64,000 nt of DNA from Zygnema circumcarinatum SAG 698-1b (taxonomy: Eukaryota; Plantae; Zygnematophyceae). Numbering within the stretch: the stretch's first letter is position 1; the number at the start of each line of letters is the position of its first letter. The DNA lies in NCBI GenBank assembly GCA_037447605.1, contig CM074810.1, positions 3,692,880 to 3,756,879 of the forward strand, given 5' to 3'. Of this stretch, positions 44,027 through 56,370 are shown piece after piece. The position numbers were made by a program, and so were the translations under genes. Below the pieces are notes generated by a model. It was not told the DNA's origin. It searched no databases and was given only the letters and a program-made list of their open reading frames with translations.

Positions 44027-44970
44027 GGCTGCCGGAGGGAGACAGAGAGAGAGAGGGAAGGGGAGAGAGGTGGGAGAGAAGCCATGGGTAAGTCTCCACC
44101 CCATACTGAAGGGACCCTCGCTAGCAAACGCCAATCACGGCTTGCCACGTCATCACATTTAAAAAAAAACGGTTCCATGCAGTCCCAGTCGTATCCCACC
44201 GTTCTGGTACAAAGAAAGGGTTGAAGAACGGAACTTAGGTTCCATGAATCAGCAGTAAAACACGCCACGTCGGATAACGCATTTTTACTTTTCCTTTTCT
44301 TAAAAGGAAAAAATTGAAAAAATAGCGGTTCACGCCAAGTGGAAAAATTGACCGAGCAACAAGTGTCACGTGTAGCCCTGAAAAACTGGCCAATCAGTGA
44401 ATGCCACGCACGACCTCGGGGACCACGCCTTTTCTCCTCCACTCGCCACTTTCATTTCCCCTCGTGAACCACCCTCCCTGTTCACACGCGCAAAATAATC
44501 CCTTCACACATGGTCTACTGCTCGCCTTTACGGCGTTCACACGCAAACCAGTCAAAGATTTTTTTGGTGACGTGTCGAGCTGTCAGTGGTTGTCATGTCG
44601 GCACCGACAAAGATCGCTCGCCAGCCAATGGTGTTCCACCACGTGGATCCCCTCTACGTTGCCCTAAACCCTGCTCCCTTCGGGCCCTGTCGTCGATACG
44701 GACCCGAGGGGCCCCCCCTTACCGCGATTTCTCTCCCGCATTCAGACACGGGCTCTCCCTCCCCCTCTCCCTCTCTCTCCCCCACCCTCTCCCTCTCCCA
44801 CTCCATCCGTACGCCTTTTCCTACAATAAGTACCTGTCTCATTCCCTTCATCTCTCCTCTACCACCGTTCCTGCTCTCACCCACTCCTGCTTCTCTCCCT
44901 CTCTCGCGGCTCTCTCCCGGCTCTCTCCCGGCTCTCTCCTGCGCTCTCCCACTCCCGGGTCTCTCTCGCT

Positions 44971-47373
44971 ATGGCTCTCACAGCGCACTCCCAGAAGTTA
45001 CTATCCTCTACCGCCCTCTCCGCCTCCTCTCTCTCGCGCGCCTCCCCCCTTCCTTCGTCCTCCTTCACTCCCTCCAAGTCCCTCTCCTTTCCCTCCCTCT
45101 CTCTCTCCCCCTCTCCCTCTCCTTCTCCCTCTCCCTCTCCCTCCCTCTCCCGCCGTTCGATTTCCGCGGTCTCCTCCGCCTCCATCCCCGCCACCCCTTC
45201 CTCCGATGTCACGTCACCCTCCAACCCTGAACTCCACTCCTATAAAAGTGCCCCCGCGAAGATCAACAAAGAACGTGTAGTCCAAATTCACACGATTCGG
45301 GGCTTTGAAATGGCGCTGAAATTAGCGGAATCGAAGCTTGTCGTCGTGGAATATGCGAATTCCGAATGTGAAGAGAGCGCCAAGATATATCCGGCCATGG
45401 TCGATCTAAGCACGAGAGCCAAAGACGCAGTGTTTTTGTTGATCATGGGAGATGCTTCGGAGGAGACGAAGGAGCTATGTAGGAGGGCAGATGTGAAAGA
45501 ATTTCCGCATTTTGTATTTTATAAGGAGGGAAAGGTGGTCCATTCGGAGAAGAACATTGTTCCGGATATGCTCCTTGGGGGAGTGCTTTACTATGGGAAC
45601 AGCGATGCTCCGATTCAAGAGCTCTCTAGCGAAGGGGAGTTGGAGAGCTTTGTGAAGGTGAGGAGGTTTGGTTTGATGCTGGTCACGTGGAAAGTGGGTC
45701 TTGTTCAGAATTTGACTTAATTGTGGGAATTTGGGGGAAATTTGGGGGAGGTTTGGGAAATTGGAGGATATATGGGGGTTTGAGGCCGAGAATTGGGGGA
45801 ATTGGATAGAATTGGGGGAATTGGATAGAATTGGGGGAATTGGAGCCGGGTTTTTGGGCTTATGGAAATGAGATTGAGTGCAGCTGCTGGTTTTCCTGGT
45901 TTAGAGTGGAATCTGGCATCAAGGAGACTGACTAGGGACGCAATTTTGAGGGACTTTATCGGCGATTGGTTCCCAATTGGGGATCCGCTGCCCGATTGCT
46001 GATGTTGAATGAGGGAGGAAGAGGAAGAGGAAGGGAGAAGGGCGTGGGAGAGAGAGAGAGAGGGAGAGAGGGAGGATTTGCTCAATTCTTTCTTTTGCTG
46101 TTTGTTTAAGTAAATTGGAGAGGTTTAGGCTCAGATGGTGTGGTCTGCTGTCTCGTTGGAGTTGGTAAGAGTCAGAGAGAGACAGAGAGGTGAGGGGGAT
46201 GGGAGAGAGGGAAGGAACGAGAGAGAGATCAGTATGATTATTCCATGTTGGATAACCTACTGTTATCTCCTGCTATAAATTGCTGTATCAATTGTTGAAG
46301 GGTTTGTGGAATTGGGAAGTCTTTGAAATTAAATAATTATCCAAGCATCTGTTGGATCTATCTGCACTTTTCAGTCGCAGGTTAACTTGCTCTTCAATTA
46401 TGCTGTCCTTTGGGTCTTCTATTTCTTACCTACTACTGGGTACAGGATTGCCGTGCATTTTATCAGTTCTGGCCTTTTTTGGTATTGAACATGTATCTTT
46501 CTTTCCCCACAGGCCCCCCAAACAAAACTCCCTTCCCCTCCACTCTCACTCCTCCATAGCCCCGTCCCCACGTCCCGTCCCCACTCCCTCCTTCTCCCCC
46601 GCTCCTCCCTCCCCACCTCACTCAATCCCCCCCCCTTCCTCCCTCACTCCTGCTCCCTTCCCCCCTCACTCAACCCCCCTTCCCGCTCTCCCTTCCTCCC
46701 TCACTCTCCCCCCCTCCTCCCCTCCCCCCTCACTGAACCCCCCTTCCCCCCCTCCCTTCCCCCGCCTCACTCCCTTCTCCCCTCTCTCCCTCCCTCTCCC
46801 CCGCTCCTCTCTTCCCCCCTCACTCAACCCGCCTCCCCCCTCTCCCTTCCCCCTTCTCTCACTCCCTTCTCCCCTCTCTCACTCCCTTCTCCCCGCTCTC
46901 ACTCCCTTCTCCCCTCTCTCACTCCCTTCTCCCCTCTCTCTCCCTTCTCCCCTATCTCACTCCCTTCTCCCCTCTCTCCCTCCCTTTTCCCCTCTCTCAC
47001 TCCCTCTCCCCCTGTCTCCCTCCCTCTCCCCCCTCACTCAACCCCCCCTCTCCCCCCCCCTTCCCCGCAGGATCATGGAGCCGACCAGCGCCTTGTGGTG
47101 GTGGACGTGAGTCTCCGCCACTGCGGGCCCTGCGCCAAAGTGTACCCCGCCGTGGTCAACCTCTCGCGGCGCATGGCTGACGTGGCCGTGTTCGGGCGCG
47201 TGATTGGCGACAGCAACGAGTCCTGCGAGAGGATGATGCGTGCGCTGGACGTGAGGGAGGTGCCGACCTTCCTCTTCTACCGCGGGGGGGAGCCCTGCGG
47301 ACGATACGTGGGATCGGCGAAGGGGGATCTCATAGGGGAGGTGTTGAAGCATCAGGGGGTGAGGTGTACGTGA
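44971..47373 (+). CDS. CDSP32: Plastid two-domain thioredoxin CDSP32
   Basis: Exons 44971-45657 and 47071-47373 (phase 0). Ser-rich transit peptide. Domain 1 has [10 protein letters not shown]...VFLLIMGD...GVLYYG. Domain 2 has [10 protein letters not shown]...EVPTFLFYR...[16 protein letters not shown]. Confidence 0.95.
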
Positions 47374-48574
47374 GGGGAGGGNNNNNNNNNNGGAGGGAGG
47401 GAGGGAGGGAGGGATGGGGGAGAAGGGGGGGGAGGGAGGAAGGGATGGAGGGGGGTGATGAGGGAAGTGCAGAGAAGAGTCTGAGGGAGAGGAAGGGGAA
47501 GGAGGAAGGGAGGGGGTTGATGAGGGAAGTGCAGAGAAGAGACTGAGGGAGAGGAAGGGGAGGGAGAGTAGGGATCACGAAGGGGGAGGGATAGGGAGAG
47601 ATGGAGACAGAGATATGCAGAAAGGGGGACGTGGGGGTACGAAAGAGGGAGGCGGAGTGAAAAGATAATGTCGAGTGTAAGGAAAGATTCTCGTAAGATA
47701 GTGATTGTAAGTGAGAGAGTGACTTGGAATTATTAGGGTTGGTCGACTTGTACAGGTCTTGAAGGGCAGCCGCATAGTGACTTTGTCTTTTAGAAGCTCC
47801 AACAACTCTAGTTATGTCGGAAATTATATGTGTCTCCAGAACTTGCAACAGTAGAAACCCTAAATTCTTCAGAAGTGCAGCAGGCGAATGGCAGGCCGAG
47901 AATTAGAGGAAGAGAGGGGGGAGAGAGAGAAAGAGAGTTGTGTGTTAGTGTGCATAGAAAGGCGATAGTGATGTAACAGCTGGTTTTTTTCAAAAATAAA
48001 GAGATTTCTTTATTCAATTTAGCCTTCAGTTTTTTTGGGCAAAAACTGGAAGATGTGATGACGGCCTGACCTTGTCAATCCACTCTCTCTCGCTGTACCC
48101 CCCTCCCTTCCTCTCCCTCTCCCACTCCCTCTGGTCCTTTCTTTCTCTGATCCCCCCTTTGTTCCCCCATTCTTTCACTCTCCCTCCTTGCTTGTCGCCT
48201 TCCGCATGCTCTCACATTGACGGCTCGGCCTCCTCTCGCTCTCTCTCTGCATGCGGCTTAGATTTGTTCCATGCTTAAATTAATTAAATTGAACCTCTCC
48301 CTTCTCTCGTTTCTCTCTCTCTCTCCCTCCGCTCTGCCCTTTCCCTCTCTTCTGCCCTCTAACCCTCTCGCGCATCTGCCATTTCCGTCTCCCTCTTTCC
48401 CTCGCTCTCTTCTGCCCTCTCCCTCTCTCTCGATGTCCGTCTCCCTCTCCCCACCCTTCTTCCTTTCCCGTAGTCCCCACTCTTCCTCTCTCTCTCCCTC
48501 TCTCTCTCCCTCTCCCTCTCCCTCCCGCTAGTTGGACTCGCTTCGCTTCCTTCAATAAAGGTCGCACAGGTCCG

Positions 48575-48770
48575 GCCATTGGATCAACCATTCGCAGTGG
48601 TTGCGAACCATTGATCCGCAACACTGCCACCCATTGCCAATGATTCCAATCATTGGTTATTCCAACCATTGATTCGGCCAGCCATTGTCAATGATTCCAA
48701 CCATTGGTACAGCCAACCATTGCCAATGGTTCCAACCATTGGTACGGCCAACCATTGCCAATGATTCCAA
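48575..48770. repeat. Cluster of CCATTG/CAATGG quasi-palindromic repeats
   Basis: Repeated AACCATTG(G/C)CAATG(G/A)TTCC units. Similar clusters at 41115-41235 and 55565-55730. Confidence 0.7.
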
Positions 48771-49955
48771 GGATGCTTATGCTCCAGGTGTGTTTTGGAA
48801 TAAAGATCTTTTTGAAGAGAAAGGTTTTGTGTATTAATGCTGATCTGAAGTGTTGGAACTTGACTTTGCATTGAACTTGTTTAACACGTCTAAGAATCCT
48901 TATACGCAAACTTTCATTGAACTCGCGATGGCGAGGCCATCAAATTTACATGGGAAAGAAAGGGCAAGATGAGACACAAGTGATAAGTGAAGGAAGAGGA
49001 ACTCAGCCTAACAGAATTTTTTTTTGACCGTCTGCCCGAAACGTCTCAGTACGGAAAATTTCGGATGTACGAAAATATTGAAAAGTACTCTAGTAATAAA
49101 TAGGAAAACGCTATTTACACATAGTTTGTGGCTAAATACACACCTTTTTGGTAAAATAAACACGCTGAAAATATCTGACCCGAAAAAGGTGTGTATCTAG
49201 TCAAAAGGGTGTGTCATTAGCTTCCTTGAAAATAAATAAAACGTAATTAAATATACCGACGACGGGTGCACAACGGGCAGAAGAAATATTTCAGCTTCGT
49301 CAGCCAACGTGGCACACCACTCAGCCTTTCACCAATCAAAAATTGCCAACTCAGCATCATATGGACAAAACGCCAAAACACGTGGCGCATTGTTGTTTGT
49401 GACTGCCACAAGGACGACAGCTGTCGCATGCCAAATGTCGCCATGTGTTGGTTGAAGTGATAAGCGGTACTCGGCAGTACGTCCATCAGAACCGGTACTT
49501 GCGAGGAGCCCCCAACCCTAATCTGCCACTCCGGCAGAATTGGAGACAGCTGTCGGCGCCTCTCTCCCTCTCCATCCCTCTTCCTCTCCCTCTCCCACTG
49601 CTGTTTTTGGAGTGTAGGCACTGGAGGAGCACAGAAGCCCGAGACTTCTCTCTTTCGTGCATGTTGCTTTCCCTCATGCGTGAAGGAAATAGCTAAGGTG
49701 CCCATCTCCCCCACCCTCTCTCTCTCGCGCTCTCTCCCTCCCTCCTCTTCTCTCCTCCCGTCTGTCCCTCTCTCTCTCACCTTCCTTTCATCCATGAAAC
49801 GTCCTAGTCCAGTCAAGCAGCTCAGATTGAATGTTCTCCCTGAAAAGCCTTGTAATAAATTTTCGAGAGTTTTTATATATAATTACTAAGGCCGTAGGAT
49901 CTGATGCTATCTTTCGGACATTTACATGGAAAATCGATAAGCCACAGTTGAACGA

Positions 49956-49994
<39 letters not shown>

Positions 49995-50345
49995 CGTCTC
50001 CGTCTCCCTCTCTCTCCCTCTCTCTCCCTCCCCCCTCTCTTTCTCTCCCTCCCCCCTCTCTCCCTCTCTCCCCACCCCTCACTCTCTCCAACTTTCTGCA
50101 ACCCTCAATCGATCTTAAATATGGCTCTACAATCTCTATACCTCTCATCCTCACCTATTGGCTCGTCTTCCTTAAACGAAACTAAACTTCTCCGCGCATG
50201 TTCCGATCACAGCTCTCCTTGTCGGATAAAGTGCTTACGTGGCAAGCCTTTATTGGGCCAAATAATCGAAAGGTAAAAAAATGGAGTGAAAATAACCTTG
50301 CTCTCAATCTCACAATCATTGCTTGGGGGCGTTCCATGTGCAGAA

Positions 50346-50832
50346 ATGTGGGAAATTGTGCAACTTGTCTTCAAAATCGTGGACGGGCTGACGTGGCCGT
50401 TCCGTGTGGCTGCATGGTGGGCCTTTGCGCTCTACATCGAATTCATTTTGGGCTGCGGAAAAATGATAATTTGGGTCCTCACTCTCCCACTGCGCACAAT
50501 TGGAGCTGCGATCAACGAAGGGATGGTAAGCAATAGCAGGCATCCTCTCCCTCTCACTTTTTCTTTTTTTCTCTCTTCCCCCCCTTCGTCCTCTCTACCT
50601 CCTCTCTCACATCGGTCTTCTCATCCCTTTCCCTTCCATCTCTCTCTCCCCCTCTTGCGTCGTCCCCTCCCCTTCCTTTTCCCTCTCTTCCTCTCCCCTC
50701 CCCCCCTTTCGCCTCTCTCACATCGTTCTTCTTGTCAACCTTTTCTCTTTTTCTCTCCCGCTCTCCCATGTAAACTCGTCTGCTGTCCGTCTTTACTATA
50801 GGTACAGCCTCTCCTCACTTCTCTCTCGCTCT

Positions 50833-50892
<60 letters not shown>

Positions 50893-52196
50893 ACACTTCT
50901 CCCTCTTTCTCCTGACAGGTCCGTAAACGCCTGCAAGGACTTCAAGTAGAATTCGACCGTTTAACGGATTCCGTCCAACAACTTGAAACTAAATTGGAGA
51001 ACGAAAGGGAGAGGCACTGGCACACAGTGGAGAAACTGCAAAAATCGCTCAACCAGAGGAGATTCTTGAAACAGCGAGTTCAATCTCTGGAGGCGGAGGT
51101 AAGCATAAAGAATCTCCTAGTACTGCTTGTCAAACTTTTGAAAATAAGTTCAAGATAGGAAATGTTGGAGAAAAAGTGATTTTTTTTTTTCAGGGGAATA
51201 GATGACAGTCTGAGCAGGTTGAGGGAGGAGGGAGAGATACACTCAGAGAGAGGCGAGGGAGGGAAGAAGGGAGAGGGAGGGAGGGTGAGAGAAAGGGCAG
51301 TAGGAAAGCGAAGATATGGAGAGTGAGGGAGGGGAGAGAGTGTAGGGGGAGACACTGAATGTGATATGTATGGTATATGGTGTATGAAAAATGAGGATTT
51401 TTTGCAGATTTCGGAACTGAGAGCTGCGCGAGCTCAGGCAGAGGAGAAGGCTCAAGCAGCCAAAGAAGCAGAAGCTATCGCAGAAGCGGATGTTATGAGA
51501 GCAGGCCGGCTTCTCTCTCACTACTTAGAGAAGCGAGAGGGAGTGGTTGAGGAGATAGAGGTGGAAGTGGAGGCTCCGAGTGCTTCCCAGCGCACTTCTC
51601 TCCTTCCAGACGAGGAGCAAGAAGAGGATAGAGAAGACATGTTTGAAGGAGGAGCAGAAGGAGAGGAGGGAGGAGGAGAGGAAGAGGGAGAAGTGGTAGG
51701 AGCGGCGAAAGGGGTTTTGGGGTCCTTGAAGGAGACAAAATTTGAGACGTTCAGAAAGACGGTAGATACAAAAACTCCTCTTTCTGAGCCGTGGAGGCCC
51801 CAAGGAAAGGGAGCTTTAAGGAGGCCCTTAGCTTTTTCGAGCCTCCTATGTGCCCTAATGTCTTTGGGAGCTGCTTTCCTTCACGGCAGAAACGAAGGAA
51901 GAATCGGTACTGCGAACTATTCGTGGCTCTTCTTTTCGATAGCGTTCGGATCTCTTGCAAGTAACTGGTTCATATTTGGGAGGAAATCGTGGTCCAAGGC
52001 GGTTTTGATTCAAAACTTGATGTGGGCCCTTTTTGGGCTTTTTCTCGCCATGGTGTATTTTTCGGTCGGAGAGGGGACGGGCGCTTCTAAGGACTTAGCG
52101 GTTCCTTTGAAGGGGAATGGAGAGGGGGAGGGAGTGGGTGTGGGAGGGGTTTTGTTTTCAGATACGAACAGTACAGCAATCGTCAGTGTAGGTTAG
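50346..52196 (+). CDS. Membrane protein with a central coiled coil (possibly At5g45310-like)
   Basis: Phase-0 exons 50346-50525, 50919-51098, 51408-52196. N-terminal hydrophobic helix ending LTLPLRTIGA, a heptad coiled coil, an acidic linker and three C-terminal TM segments. Family call is from recollection only. Confidence 0.7.
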
Positions 52197-53227
52197 GGTT
52201 TTACATGGGTAGTGGCATAAGGAGCTTTCTCTCTTTCTCTTCTTCTTTGTATTTCCGTTTTTTCCTCAGGGGGGGTGGGTGGTAGGTATGTAGGATGTTT
52301 TGAGGAGTAGAGCTCGGCCTCACACGTGTACCATATCTTTTTGTTTGGTTATAAAGTTTTAGAGGGAGAGAGATACGAGTGAATCTGTCGTGTTCTTTCC
52401 TATTTTTGCCATACAATCATTCTCGAAGTGATACCCCTTCCGCTTCCCACACTCCCTCTTCCCACTCCCCACTCGCCTCACTCCCCTCACCTCTCCTTCC
52501 ACTCCCCCTCCCCTCCCCCTTCCTTCCCCCCCACCACTCCACTCCCCCTCACCTCTCTCCCTCCCCCACCCAGTCCGCTCCCCCTCCCTCTCCTCCTTTC
52601 CCCCCACCCCACTCCTCCCCTCTTTCCCCTCACTCCACTCCCTCTCCCCTTCCCCCCCCTTCCTCCCACCTTCCCGTTACCCCCATGCCGCCACACTCTC
52701 ATACCATAGGTTACTCCACAAATGTCCATTTTCCAACAAACAGAACCAATACTCGGCTCCGCCACGGCAGATTCTCTGCCGAACGGCTCAGAGATACTTG
52801 TTCGATAATGCGGCAATGCGCAGTTTTGACCCAACTTGCAACACTGTCTACTCGGGGAACACCACCGTTCAGTTCTCCCTCCCACACTCTATCTCATGCA
52901 AACACCGCACCATGTGTGTGCAAAAGAACGGCGGCGATTCGTGATATGGACCAGTCCTCCCTAAAAGGATTTCTGACTTAAAGAAAATGTGCCTGTAATA
53001 AAGACGTAACATGCGCTTTCCAGGTAACAAATGACCTCGAGATCAACCTCTCTCTGTCCTCAGTTTCTCAATCACTCTCTCTATGCCTTTCTCTCTCTCA
53101 GCCTCTCCCAACAATCTCTATTGTGTTTCTCAATATCTCTCGCCTTCTCACCCCCCTCCCCCGCTCTCTCTCCCTCTCCCTCTCCCTCTCCCACTCACTT
53201 CCCTCCCTCCGACTCCACTCCCTCTCT

Positions 53228-55305
53228 CTACGACACGGGAGCGAGAGGAGGCTTCTCTCTCACGATTCCCACGTGCGAGTCATAGTCAGGGTCCACCTGC
53301 GCCCACTCCTTCCTCAGAGCTTTGTCCTTCTCAATTTCTTCAAACGATTTTGCGGTTTCTGCGGCGTGAGTTTGCGCCAAACTTGCGTAATTTTCCGCCG
53401 ACTTTTTTATAAAAGCGGATTCGTCTTCAGTGAGGTTTCGCAGGAACTTCGCGGGAGAGCCTGCCCAGATCTGCGGGCATCCAAAAAAAAAACGATTCTC
53501 ACAAACAGTGTAAGAAAACTGAACGGAGGGAAGCGCGAACTCTAAAGACTTAAAAGCCCAAAAACTCGAAAACCAAATGAGGTTTGAAACCTTTGAAACC
53601 TTTCCTCCCTCCCTTGAAACAGAACTAACATTACTTCAACCCCTTAAAGCCCTTAAAACTAACTAAACAAAACAATAAATTGTACCAAAAAAAACCCTAA
53701 ATTCTTCACCTGGCCTGTTGGAATCTTCGTCTTTTGCAGAACAAGTGCTCCTGCAGCCACCATGGCTCCCTTCTCCACTACCACTCCGTCCAAGAGAGTG
53801 GCTCCCATTCCCACAAAGCTCTCATCCTCTACTGTGCATGCGTGCAGCACAGCGTTGTGCCCTGCAGGAAAAAGGAGACAGGCATAAAAGGAGGCCATAA
53901 TTTCGACCCTTGTAAACTCCTCTTCATTCTCTTTCCTTTAACAATGTAAACTTCCGCCTATTCAACTACTCCAGTTTTTAGGGTTCCTGTTTCCCTCTCT
54001 TCTCCTTGTTGGCATTCGTTCTATCTGAACTTTCGTCGATAATGTCTTAATTTAGAGGTAATTTCTCACCGACAGTCACATGCTTCCCGATGATAGTTGG
54101 AGCGACGTTTCCGCTGATGTTGGTTTTGGCGACGTGAACGATTGTGCCATCCTGAATGTTGGTTCCTTCGCCCACACTGATGCTGCCGACATCGCCTGCA
54201 AGAGAAACAAAACATGCCATTGGATGGACAGCATGCGAACATGCATGCGTGCATACATACATGCATGAATACTATTTATATTTCCACTTTCCAACCCTAA
54301 ATCCCTCCAACGTTCTTGTTTTTGAAGATCTTGAAGAGAATTAACGGCAACAGGAAGGCATTACAGATTCCTGAGCGTGTGGGGATGGTAGGAAAGCCAT
54401 GTTGAGGGAGGGAGGGAGTAAGAACTCCTGCTAAACAGAAACCAGGAGAAATTCCAAAAACCAAACTGCCCAGGTTTTATGGTTTCAATAAGTAAAAAAA
54501 AAAAAAAGGGGGGGGGAAAAAGACTGCTCTTACCCCTTAGCACGGAGCCGTACCAAACCGACGCCTTTGGGCCGATGCTGACGTCACCGATGACGGCAGC
54601 ATTGGGAGCGATGAATGCGTCCTTTGGGACCACCGGCATTTTGTCGAAAAGATTCATCAAAGTGCGATGCCTTGAAACTATTAAAAAAAACGAAGGGAAT
54701 GGAACGACATTCAGAATGCAGTCAGATGCAGAATATGTGACGGCGTATTAGGGTTACCATCTTTCATCTCCTTTTTCTGTATGCCTTCCTCTCTTTCTCC
54801 CCCTCTTTTTGTGTGCAAATGCTTCCTGTGTAACTCGAACCTTCACTCCTGATCAAGCAAACCGAACAACACAACAATGCCTACCCTAACCTAAAAAAAA
54901 TCTATCCTTCACCCTAACCCAAATCCAAGCCTTTACCCTGAGACCCTAACTCTAACCCTAACCATAACCCTAATCCTCACCCTCACCCTTATCTTGAACT
55001 GAATATTAACCCTGAAACTCGCATTATAACCTTGGCATTCCTCTAGTTCCTGACCTAAACTTAATCATGAGTTATAATCCTAACCTTGACACCCTAACCG
55101 GCCTCCTAACCCTACCACTAGCCCTACCACTAACCCTACCCCTCCCGCTACCCCTGCCCCTCCCCCTATCCTAGTCCCAGATCCACTCACGCTGCTCGCG
55201 GAAGGCGTACTGTCCCTGCATGCGGCAGCCGAGCCGGTCGAGGGCTTGCCCAGTTTCCCGCACCCAGAAGCCCACAGAGTACAGCAGCCGCCCCAAGCTG
55301 CCCAT
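53228..55305 (-). CDS. GAMMACA: Mitochondrial gamma carbonic anhydrase (complex I CA-domain subunit)
   Basis: Exons 55191-55305, 54534-54677, 54070-54195, 53710-53861, 53228-53470. MGSLGR...ETGQALDRLGCR, SRHRTLMN, hexapeptide repeats and WAGSPAKFLR. All three Zn-ligand His are present (IVHVA, VGHNAVLHAC), so this is CA-type rather than CAL-type. Confidence 0.97.
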
Positions 55306-56370
55306 GGCGGAGGAAGAGAGGGAGACTGGAAGGGGGGGGAAGAGGGTGAAGGGATAAGGAAAGGAGAGGTAGAGTGCAAAGGGGGAGAGAGGGAGGGGGG
55401 GAGGGGGAGAGAGAGGGAGAGAGTGATGAGAGTGGGAGGGAAGGGCGTGGGAGAGGGAGAGGGAGGGCGCCGTACCGACCACGTGCGCTTTCAAACCCTA
55501 ACTGCGTTCGCTGTCGCAACGAAGCGTAATATGGGACGAGCGAGAGCGACCAACAGTTTGTTGGTCCAATGCTTGGCAAACGTGCCAATGGTTGGCAGCA
55601 ATTCCAATGGTTGCCAGTGGTTGCAACCATTGACTCCAATGCTTGGCGATCACAAGCAATGGTTCTTTGGTTCTCGAATCAGTTTTTGGAAACCATTCCA
55701 ATGGTTGGCGGCAACCATTGAATCCAATGGTTTCTTTGTTGTTGCGTCACATGACTCCAAACCCGCAGCTGAATTTCGCTGCGAAGGCGCTTTAGAACGA
55801 AAGTTGAATTTCAAAACATTGATTAAAACATTGTTTGTGCATGAGACCACGCTACAAGGCATGAAAGGCCAATGTTTTCATGTTCTCAATGCCTGCATGG
55901 GCCTTAGGACCGTACGATGTGAGGGCATCGTAACGGTCCACCTTCCAACTTGGCATACATTGTACATGAATGGTAACAACAACAACAACAACAACATGCA
56001 ACAACAACATGAAACAACAACATGCAGCAACATGCAACAACAACAACAACATGCACATCCTCCACAGACGAGGTTGGCCATTTCAGCTTGATATGAAAGT
56101 CCTATGGCAGAGGAAAGTAACCAAAAGAACACTTGTAATCTCTTATAACAAAAATCCTGGTTAAAAAAACCAAGCAATCTCCTTTTATACAGTTAGAGGG
56201 CCCCAAAAAAACAGTAACTTCTCTTCACATATTGTGAAGAGAAGTTTTCGCAGTGCCATGAAAGGATTCGCACGATTATAATAAATATAGAAAGCCACGC
56301 AAAATTTTAGAGCTTCATTCAGGCCAATGACCTCGACATTAGGGGGGGTTTCATGTCCCATCATGTCGCG

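Noticed and set aside
51194-51300. Extra exon of the coiled-coil membrane gene (GIDDSLSRLREEG...)
   Set aside because: Phase-0 use of this acceptor hits TGA after three codons, whereas splicing 51098 to 51408 keeps the frame.
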